From: Paraspadella gotoi
Taxonomy: Eukaryota; Animalia; Chaetognatha
Assembly: GCA_051294375.1 (NCBI GenBank)
Contig: CM119264.1
Location: forward strand, 27,633,469-27,697,468
DNA length: 64,000 nt
Direction of reading: 5' to 3'
The position numbers and the translations under genes were made by a program. Below, piece by piece: positions 53,621 to 64,000 of this stretch (the first letter of the stretch is position 1; every line of letters starts with the position of its first letter). The notes beneath the pieces are model-generated. The model was not told the origin of the DNA. It did no database searches and was given only the letters and a program-made list of their open reading frames with translations.

Positions 53621-54549
53621 CACTGTTGGGAACGGTAATCCCCATGGACCCACCACGGTGTGACTACCCGCCTCCTGCTCGTCCTGGTCCTCCTCGTTCA
53701 TTGGTTTGCACCTAGTACTCATTCACCAACCGTAGAATTACCCTCGACGTCGGAAGTTTGAGTTGATGGAAAGTCGGGAGGGGTTCCGTTTTGGTGTTGT
53801 ATTGGGAACTTCCAGTAAGAAAACACCCAAATCGCGGAGTAACAAATTATGGCACACAGGAGAGAAAGGATGCAGGAATGACAAATCGATAAAGTGCAGA
53901 ACGTTAGTTCAGGCTGCATGTGTTAACGAGCACCATGAACACCCAAGACGGTCCTGTGGCACGCTGCATTGCTGATAATTTCAGTCTTACATACCCGCGG
54001 TCAACTTATACACTTCTCTATTACACGACCTGGTTCACTCATGTACCCCAAGGATCGATCCAAGACTGTAGCCAATTTTAGCGTTCCCTGATTATTAAGA
54101 ACTTCAAGCATCTGCAATATTTACAAGCCCTCTCTCCTAGACTCCTTACTCCTTCCCTCACACCGCCATTTCCTCGTCTAGCTCGCGCAGAGCACCGCCT
54201 TCCGTAGTGTTTTTTGAGAAGTTGTATCCACGACTGTATGATGGCATTCATGACCTCCATTTAATAATAATATATAATATAATATAATATATACTAATAT
54301 AATATAATATATATATATATATAATAAAAGGAGAATTGTGATTTTTATAATTTATTGAAACAACATATTTAAGACTTTAAAATACATTTTTTAAATAAAA
54401 AAATAAAGAAGGATATAAAGTTAAAATAAGCAAATGAAATAAAGTTTATAGTATTTTTTCCGATGAAATTTGTAATATTGTTAATTTAATGAATTTGATT
54501 AATTAAAAGAGAAATGGATTAAAAGAGATGAATTTTTTTAAAGAAGAAA

Positions 54550-54995
54550 AGCATTGGTGATTGAAAAAAGAAGGGAGAGGAAATGAAAGTTGGTGATTGA
54601 ACAAAGAGGGAGAGGAATAAGATTGGGTGATTGAAAAAGAAGGGAGAGGAATGACACGCATTGGTGATTGAAAAGAGGGAGAAAAGAATATAGATTCGGT
54701 GATTGAATAGAGGGAGAGCAATGGAGATTGGTGATTGAAAGGAAGGGAGAGGAATGCCGACTTGTGATAGAAAAAAGACAGGAGAGAAATGCAGAATTGG
54801 TGATTGAAACAGGGAAGGCGAGAGTAATACAGCGATTGTGATTTTAAACAAAGGCAGGATAGGAATGAAGCTTGGTGATTGAAAAAAGGCAAGGAAGAGT
54901 GATATGACACCGACTTGTGATTGAAACACAAGGCAGGGAGAGGAATACGATTGTGATTCAAGAAAGCAGGGAGAGGAATGCACGATTGCTTTTGA
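54550..54995. repeat. ~37-bp minisatellite (TTGGTGATTGAAAAAAGAAGGGAGAGGAAT...)
   Basis: About 11 copies anchored on GTGATTGAA. Confidence 0.85.
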
Positions 54996-55163
54996 AAAAA
55001 AGGGAAGCGATTCGTCGGACAGCATGAACATCTCGCGTCGGAATTCAATGGATGAAGGAACGAGACTCGTTTCAAGCGAATTAGGAAAGCCAACCATCTG
55101 AGAGAGAGTGAGGAGTAGACACGGGGGGTGGAGAGGGAGAGAGAGAGAGAGAGAGAGAGGGAA

Positions 55164-55198
<35 letters not shown>

Positions 55199-55304
55199 GA
55201 GGAGAGAGAGAGAGAGAGAGACATCTCATTCTCAGATGAAGTCGACGGCAGAGCCAATTAAAAGAGGAAAATGCAAAAAAAGGCGTAATGAGCTCAACGA
55301 CGAC

Positions 55305-55336
<32 letters not shown>

Positions 55337-57214
55337 CAGAAAAAATATCAAAATTATGCATGGCGTCAAAATGGAAATCAAATTTGTCTAAGACGAAGCG
55401 ATAAAATTTGGACGACAGCGACCTGCAAGCAAACGAGGAAAAATAAAAAAAGAACAATTTAACGCAAAAGGTTATCGATAACGAATGAAGAAAATCGATG
55501 TCGGCGACCGACGAACGACAATGACGTACGACGACGACGACAATTGGTAATGGGCGGTAATTAGCATAAAACCGGCGATGAATTGACAGAATCGTTAGCG
55601 GCGTCGCAGAGTAGGAGGCGTTGGTGGGACGCGTTGGTAGGGCGTCGCGGCGTCGGCTTGTCGTGTCTGGCCTGCTGCACTTCTGTCGGGTGGGCTGAGG
55701 CGATGAGGAGCAAGCTACGCTGTATTGTATGGATCGTGACGTGAACGTGAGGGCCGAAGTCCAACGTCTACCGATTTAATTGTTAATTGAAGATAGAGAA
55801 ATGCATTTATCCGGACCCGGAGGGCACGACCGACGATTCGACGAACGCGACGACGAACGACGACAGACGCACAGAAGAGAAATAGAACGATGTATGACGA
55901 CTGATGAAAGAGCGGCAAGAAAAGGTGACGAGGGAGGGAATAGGGGCCGGTGTAAAGAGTGACTCAATACAACTACTCACCAGGTATGTGAGTGCATAAC
56001 AGTCATTGGATCTTAAAGTAACGTAGGAGGGAACTAAAACATGGACGAGATTACGTACGATAGCCTAGCCAAGGACGGTTTACATGTCGCACGATTACGT
56101 TAATTGATGGAGTTTATCATCGATAGTGACGTTAATAGATCGTTTGATGGATATGAAAATAATTATGGGGCTGACCGAGGGAAAAAGGGATGATTTTGCC
56201 GCAATGAAAAAGACGTTATAGACCGAACGACGTTACGTGGAAGAGCGTACAATTTTTTTTTTATTTTGGGAAGGCAATAAATTGAACAAAAATGGCGGCC
56301 AAGAAAGAAATTGAAATCAAGACTCAAGAGGCGGCTGAACGATCGATTTGAGAGTTGACGAATTTGAAAGACCAAGAATTGTCATTTGTTAATTTCATCC
56401 TTTTGTTTTTGGTTTTGTTTTGGTTTTGTGTTTTGTTTTGTGAACTTAAAGAAAGAGTCCTGTTTTCACGGACACGTGACCAAAAATAACTAGATTGACG
56501 GATAACGCACATACAGAATTCAATCATTGATGTAGTTGAATAAATAAGTAAGAATGACTACGATATAATAAATAACATTTAAACAGTTATATTAGCGATA
56601 GCTCGATAGCTGCACATGGCCGGCTTGGCGGTCGGCCGAAGTTAAGGTAGGAGGGCAGTACATGTTGGCGATGTTCACGGGATGTGTGAATCTCGAACGG
56701 ACAATGTGAGTGACGGAACGTTTTCACAGAGATCGATCCACACGGTCCGATGTTCATAGATAACGGAAACTTGGCGTGCTGAGTCTGATTGGGAAGAGGG
56801 CAAGAGGTGGGGCGAGAGGGGAGAGGCGAGAGAGAGAGGAGAGAAGAATGAGAGTTAGTAGAGAGAGAAGAAGAGAGAGAGAAGGAGAGATGAGAGAGCA
56901 TGATAGGAGAGAGAGAGAGGAGAAGTGGAGACGAGACTATAGACATATCCACGAATTCCACATGTCAACAAAATCAACATGGTGAGACTTTTTTCAATCA
57001 ACTTAGGTTTATTCGTGTTCTCTCAAGACTGGTAAAGAGAGGGATCGTGAGGACGAGGTTGCGGTGGCCGGTTATGGCAGGTCGGGGGTTATGTCAAATT
57101 CTGACTTATTGTTATTAGTTTGTTGCACAGCCATTTAGGGTTTATGAATTCAATTAACCTATTCGCGTTAAGCNNNNNNNNNNNNNNNNNNNNNNNNNAC
57201 GTATTGGTATGATA

Positions 57215-57510
57215 AGAAGAATGACGTTGACTTTGACAAAGAATGACAGACAAACAAGTAAAATACAAATTTCCCTTAAATTGTACTGATTCTGCAGTCG
57301 CAAATGACTTTTCGACCAGTCAACAATTCGCCATACAAAATGTCAGTGACTGACGGTTGAAAATTGGTGGCACAGAAATTTGGGTAAATGTAATTTTCTT
57401 TCTTCAAAAAGACAATAATGAATATCAAAAGGTGACTTTACGACGGAGAAGGGGAAAAAAGGAGAAAGGGAAAAATAGTTTGTACGCTAGCTGATAAATC
57501 GGAGTGGAGG

Positions 57511-57550
<40 letters not shown>

Positions 57551-57571
57551 AGGGAGAGAGAAACGAGAGAC

Positions 57572-57602
<31 letters not shown>

Positions 57603-58785
57603 AGAGAAGAGAGAGATAAACGTGTGAAAATGACGTTGGGAGGAACTGAAGTTTTCTCATCATTTTTTTTCTACACAGTTTCAAGTTTTTTTTTAAAGTT
57701 GACTGTGGTAGCTACAAAGAGAGGACAGAGAGAGATATAGCAGGAAAGAGAGAGAGAGAGAGAGAGTCAGATATTATATAAATATATATGATATATTGTT
57801 TTATATTTCATTTTATTATGGTTATAATGCGATTTAAAAACACAAATTACAATTAAGAAAATATTATTGTTAACGAGCTCTGTACAAAGGTGATATCATA
57901 AAAAGCTAATTAGATGTATTTGATTATTGATTTGATTTATTATGCTTCAAAATTTTGAAAATTTAACACAGTAACAATGCAATTTGTTAATGGACTTTTA
58001 CATTATATATAATGTATGTGTACACATTATTTAAATGGATGTCAATAAAATTAGACAAAAAAATTACAAAAAGTGGACTAACTATATCAGATAGTTTTAT
58101 AATTTTTATTTACTACGACTTATCGAGCTTTTCGAGGAGAGAGAGAGAGAGAGAGATCTAACATAACTCGGTTCATTTTAGGATTCATGTTTTGTTTTAA
58201 AGTTTAAAATACCTGGACTTTTGAAACTTAAAAGTAAAGAAAAAAATTAGATGTCTGAGAGAAACGGAACTGCTTGCAAGAAGTGATCCGAAGAAGCTCA
58301 TTATGGGTTTTTTCTATTGGGCAAAAGCTTGATAAGTTTAACGACCAGAGTCTATTCTTAAGCGGAAAGGGCGAACAAATGGAGTAATATAGACAGTTAA
58401 TGATGGAAAGCGCGCGTCGTTTAAAGAGGCGACTCAGACGAGACGATAGCAGGCGCTGTCTTTCACATTCCTTATTTGGATTGAAATCCTTTTTAAAACA
58501 AAGAGTGCTTTCGCGAAAATAAGTTTAGTTGGAAATCGTTTTATACATAGAATAATATCAAATTTATGCAATATGTATCAAAATATTGAAAAATTTTATT
58601 AAATATGGTTTATAAATGATTTTAATATGTTCTCTGAAGGAGAAAGAGTTTAAGGATTTTTAAAAAAACATTACAATACTATTGCTAGTTCAGTTTGTAT
58701 AAGTTCCGCGCCATGAGAAAGAAGATCACAAGATTTTCTTCATTTTCTCTGTCTCTCTCTCTACTCTCTCTCTGTCTCTCTCTCT

Positions 58786-58816
<31 letters not shown>

Positions 58817-61287
58817 TCTCTCTCTCTACTCCTCTCTCTCTCTCTACTCTTTACTCTGTCTCTCTCCTCGTGACCTTACCGTCTTCCCTATCTCTTTGAC
58901 CTCGGTGCGTCATGGACCAGCGAGACTGAGGTCTCGCTGGATTCGGGTTTCTCCTATTTCCTTGTAATCTTTTCTTCTTCTTCCTGCCTTTCCCCCTCCT
59001 CCTCCTCCTCCTCCTACCTCCTCCTCTCTCAACTCCTGATCTCACCAATCGTCTTTGCAATATTTTTCTCATTGACCACGAAGTCACGTTTCAGGACAGG
59101 AAGCAGATGCCGCGGGTTGAGAGGTGCCCTGGTCTAGGTGGCGCTGGGAGATGCCCGGTTGGCATCTTGGGATGATGCAGGTTTTGCGCGAAGCGTTTTT
59201 TGATAGGGTTTGAGCAAAAAAAAAAAAAAAGGAATCTCTGCGGCGGAAATGTCGTTAGGAAAATGGAGAAGAGAGAGAGAGAGAGAGAGAACGAGAGGAG
59301 AGAGAGAGAGTGGAGATGAGAGAAGAGAGAGAGAGAGAGAGAGCGAGGGAGTAGAGAGTCTCAGCGTGCTTGTGGTCTGAGATTGAATTAGAAGATAAGT
59401 GTTTCCGTTCGGGTTTTTAGTGGGAAAAAGGCGAATGGCCGAATGTGAACTGTTTGGTGAAGGGAACGTTCTGGAATGAAGTGAATAGGAGTGTGAGAGG
59501 CGTGTAGAGAGGGTGGGAAGATTGAGAGAGAGTGGAAAAGTGTGGGAGAAAGAAGAGAGAAGAATGAACTAGGAGTATTCTGAAATAAACAAGACTGTAG
59601 AGAGAGTCTTGATTGGAAGCTTGCAAGGGACCTGCTATGTTATTATCTTTTACGAATGATGAGCCCTAAACCAACCAAAACGCTTGGCCAAAGTAAGGAA
59701 CAAAATAGCTTTATTTATTAAATAAATTGGATAATTTTTATATATGACTTGTACCAATTTAAATTATGATTGGCAAACAGGAAGAGAAAATAAAAACGTC
59801 TAAACTTTGGTCCAGTTTAGTAAGAAACGAGGTGGCCTCCATGGCTACAATTGTGTCAATAGCTTGGAGGACCAGTCTCAGTCACTGCTGATTCTCCTTA
59901 TTCCTCTTCATTCTCCTTATTCTCCCTGATTCTTCCTTATTCTCTTTATTCTCCTTATTCTCCCACTGATTCACCTGAATTCCTCTTTGATTCTCGCCAA
60001 AAGATGTCCACCGCTTGATGGACTCCCTTTTCCAAGAGGACGACGACAGACGACGACGACGACGACGACGACACGAAATTTAATCTGCTTCGGCTTTGCT
60101 TCGTTTCGTTTGGAAGACGCGATGGCCAGAAAATTTTGGCCGGAAGATTGGACCGGAAAATAGGATTTGCGGAAGATTAAACAAAAAAAAAAGATTTGGG
60201 CCGGAAGAGAGATTTTTAAGGAAACAATAGATTGACCGGATTCACATAAAAAGAAAAAAAAATTTTGGCCGGAAGATTTTAAAAGAATAAGTGGTGTCCG
60301 ACTGTATTGAAGTTAATAATTAAATATTAATGTCCATGCAACTCGTATTTGCCAAGAAAAAGGATTAGTTATCAGATTTATTAACCAAATAACCGAATGT
60401 GGTCAAAAGGATTTTTCACAACGCACGAAATGCAGGGTACCCATGACGCATAACCGATCGACGACGACGAGACGACGACGACGACGACGACTTGAAGCGA
60501 AGATGCATCACAACTAGCTTAAGTGACGAGTGAATAATGATTTAACGGATATAAGAAGCTGAATTTAATAAAAATCACCGAAATAGTGGATACCATTTAT
60601 ATAAATAACTCCTGTGTAAAAAAAAAACGTGAACACTTTATACTTACTTTATACCTAAATTCCGAGACACTGTATAACAAATTTATTAAAATATATAAAA
60701 AGTATTGTTTTTAACACAAAATCTTATGAATTACGTTTTTTTTTTAGAATGACAAAAGTTTTAATTATATCATTTTATTTATTTTTTTAGCTGACAATAT
60801 GAATAACTTTTCTATAAAAAATTTAATACATCGACTGACTGACTGACGCAAACAAAGAATCCTATTGAGTCAATATCGTCGGCAATGACTGAACAGGAAA
60901 AGCGGCTTTTTTTCCGAGAGTGCCCCATTTCTGTTAGTATTATCCAAAAATTTATAATTATAACTTTAATGATATAAGATAAAAATATTTTGAAATTTAT
61001 AAACTGATCTCTAAACCCTAATTCAAACCAGAGTCCAACTCAATTGATCTCACCTTACCTAATCTTATTGTAAACCTTAACCTTTAAAATTAAATCAATA
61101 AATAAATTAATTTTAGTATCTGCAATTGTTATGGAATAAAATGGGAAGTTCAGGGAAAATAACGCCCGAGAAAGGCAATTTGCGGTCGTCCACTTATTTT
61201 CCTTTCAGTTCGAATAGGTAAAAGAAATGGGGGAAAAGGACAAGGCGATAGAAAAGTTGAGACGAGAGAATAAAAAAAGAGAGAGAG
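57215..61287 (+). repeat. Noisy direct copy of ~35307-39090
   Basis: Colinear landmarks throughout (GTCAACAATTCGCCATACAAAA, GCGCGCGTCGTTTAAAGAGGCGACTCAGACG, GAGAGTGCCCCATTTCTGTTAG); differences are mostly single-base insertions. Confidence 0.9.
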
Positions 61288-61908
61288 TATTAGTAGAGTG
61301 TTTTTGTTTAATTATGTTATGAGAGTTGTTATTGTAGTATGTTGTAGTATGTTGAGAGAGAGAGGGAGTAGAGAGTATGAGAAAAAAAAAATAGGAAAAG
61401 ATAGTTAATTAGATATAGTATTTATATATATCAATTATGTTATTGTATTGTAGTAGTTAGATGTTTAATGAGATTGAATGAGTTAGGAGAGTAGTAGTAG
61501 TTAATAGTAGTAGTAGTAGTAGAGTAAAAGGATAATCAGAAGAGAGAGAGAGAGGGAGAGAAGATAGAGAGAGAGGAGAAGAGAGAGGGGAGAGAGAGAG
61601 AGAGAGGAACGTAAATTTGGAATTTTTTCTCGGGTCACCCTCGGCCGGAAAAAAAGTGATGTTTTCAAAGGAAGAAAGACAGGGAAGTTTTTGGCGGAAG
61701 AAGAGAAGGAAGATGGACGCGACGTCTCGGCCGTTTTATGAAGCAAAGGAGGTAAGTGAAGGTAAGTGATTGCGGGTTTTGGGTGAGGTTGAGAATAGGG
61801 TGGGTGCAGAGTAGAAAAGGTTTAATGGTAAGATAGGGGTGGTTGACGGTGAGCGACTTGACAATTTTGGGCGAGGCGAGTGGGAGACCTAAGCAGAAAG
61901 GAAAAGGA

Positions 61909-61955
<47 letters not shown>

Positions 61956-62137
61956 CGGAGAGAGAGAGAGAGAGAGAAATTTATGTGAAATCATTAATGA
62001 CTCATTTGTTCAGAACTGGGTTTGACCTGCAGCGTGAGAGGAGAGTCTGGGAGAGGGAGAAGAAGAAGAGAGACATGGGAACGATAAAGAGAGAGAACAG
62101 AGAGAGAGAGAGAGAGAGAGAGAAGAGAGAGAGAGAC

Positions 62138-62242
<105 letters not shown>

Positions 62243-62397
62243 ATATTCGCCGGGAGGGAGAACGGGTCGGAAAATATTCCATACCGTAATTACATAACCC
62301 ATTTAAATGGCTTCATTTGGAATGAAGCTTCGGCTTTTGGGAAGGTCCTCGTCATTTTGGCAGGTTTTCACAAGATCTTCAGTGATGAACTTTTTCC

Positions 62398-62550
62398 TTT
62401 TTAGTTGCGGCGGCGAGTACGCCGCGAGCACTCTATAACTATAAGTCAGCTTTTCAGGTCGGTCTGTCGATCGGTCGGTCCGTCGGTCGTATGTTTGTCC
62501 GTCGGTCTGTCCCACTAACGTTAAAAATGCTCATAATTCGCCTATAGTTG
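62398..62550 (+). mobile_element. Helentron-associated (HINE/DINE-1-like) element end
   Basis: T-run, then AGTTGCGGCG...CGCCGC hairpin, CTCTATAAC and a (GTCG/GTCC/GTCT)n microsatellite: the terminal layout typical of non-autonomous Helentrons. The sequence here is noisy. Confidence 0.5.
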
Positions 62551-62599
62551 GTTGCTTTATGTTAAGACAGGAAAAAACCTTCAATATATATTTTGTTCT

Positions 62600-62800
62600 T
62601 CTCTCCTTTTTTTGATGCTTTTAATTCTGTTCTTTATCTTACTTTTTTGATCTTATTAAATTCTGTTCTTTATCTCCTTTTGTTTCTTTAAAATTCTGTT
62701 CTTTATCTTCCTTTTTTGATCTTTAAATTCTCTCTGTTCATTTATCTCCTTTTGTTCTTTAATTCTGTTCTTTCTCTCTTTTTGTTTTAAATATTCTGTT
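62600..62800. repeat. ~30-bp minisatellite (TTAAATTCTGTTCTTTATCTCCTTTTTG..); inverted noisy copy at ~43200-43450
   Basis: AATTCTGTTCTTT recurs; GAACAGAATTTAA appears at ~43345 and ~43422. Confidence 0.75.
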
Positions 62801-64000
62801 TTTCTCTTTTCTCCTCTTCTTTTTTTTGTTCTTTATTAATGTCTTTCTCCTTTTTGGTTTTCGGTTCGATTTCTCTTTTTATTCTAGTTCTTTTTTTTTA
62901 TTTTATTTTAATCGAAATTATCGAGATCGATGTGAAGACCGCATGGTTGGTTGGTCCTATTGTTCGTTTGCTAGATATTGGTTGTTTTGGGTTGGTTGGT
63001 TGTTTGGTAGGTTTTGGCTAACTTTTTCCATGTTGGACATGTAACTTTTCGTTCGTGTTAATTAAAACTTTAGCTTTATGTTATTATTTTGTATTACTTA
63101 TTCACATGGTAGTTGAGGCACTTTAAGCACCCAACAGTTTTTGCTTTTTATTTTCTCTTGAGCAAGTTTTTCGACGCATTCGTTTATCCCCGTACTGTGT
63201 ATTGATGTGTTTTGTTTTTTTTGGGGTTTTCTCTTCGTACGCTGTTATCCGACTGTTTTGATGTCGTTTTGTTTTCTTGCCGTTTTTTTTTCGCTTCGAG
63301 TTGACGACAGGGGCGCTGTGAGTTTGTTTGGGGAATCGGGAGGCGATGGCGGGCATTCGCTTCGGTCCTTGGCCTCGGTTAATCTGGTTAGACGAAGTGG
63401 AGATGGGCTTGGTGGTGGAAGACGAGTGGTTGGGGTTGGAGTGGATTTTGGGTGCGGGTAAGTGGAGCAAGAGGAGAGGAGCAGTAGAACTCTTGGTGAG
63501 ACAATGAAAGTAAATGGAACTCATTATCGAGTAGAATGTTACGTTTTAAGTTGAGGTTGGGAAAATGGAGATGTGTTGGTTGGGCGTCACGTTGTTTCGC
63601 GAGACTCGGTGGGGTGAAGCGAGATGGGACATGCCAGAAGTTCCGGCGTGAGATATGACAGATCCGATCTGTCGGCAAACTTTTTTTTACAACTGGAGTA
63701 GAAACTGATCGGGCGGTAAATGGGTCTTGAACGGAGACGGCGTCGAGAAAGTGCGAGATCTTCGCATAAGGACAAACTGAAAACAAGAGGGCTTGGACGT
63801 ATCGTGCAGTGCGAACAAATGAGACGTGACGGATGATGAGAAGATGTGAGACGATGCGAATGATGACCGAAGGGACGACAAGAGAATTTTTTCAGTCTTG
63901 GTCTTCACATTCGCAAGTAGTAGGAAAAGTTTTCCTTATGCAAACACAATCGAAGGATGCAATAAAAATAAAATGGTACAATACATTATACATATAAAAG

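Overview
Eukaryotic (probably invertebrate animal) genomic DNA, very rich in microsatellites ((GA)n, (GAC/GTC)n, (ATC)n, (TCTA)n) and minisatellites, with many N gaps. Almost all ORFs in the supplied track are repeat artefacts. Two spliced protein-coding genes could be reconstructed by hand. (1) A minus-strand C1orf87-like EF-hand gene: exon 8111-8192 splices in frame to a large terminal exon 5288-6525 with a microsatellite-derived low-complexity tail; upstream exons were not resolved. (2) A plus-strand XK-related (scramblase-family-like) multi-pass membrane gene: exon 31613-31737 plus exon 32214-34606. The two track ORFs in the second exon fuse if one A is removed from an A11 run, giving about 838 aa with a long, unrecognised C-terminal membrane region. 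The intron of gene 1 holds a tRNA-Gly-like SINE-head/pseudo-tRNA and a second structured element. A Helentron/HINE-like end lies near 62.4 kb and a foldback-like inverted tandem array at 51.9-53.6 kb. Much of 19.5-22.7 kb and 35-64 kb consists of noisy direct and inverted re-copies of the same sequence next to exactly-25-N gaps, most likely long-read gap-filling artefacts. No prokaryotic-type system (CRISPR, operon) is present. All family assignments rest on remembered motifs, not database searches.
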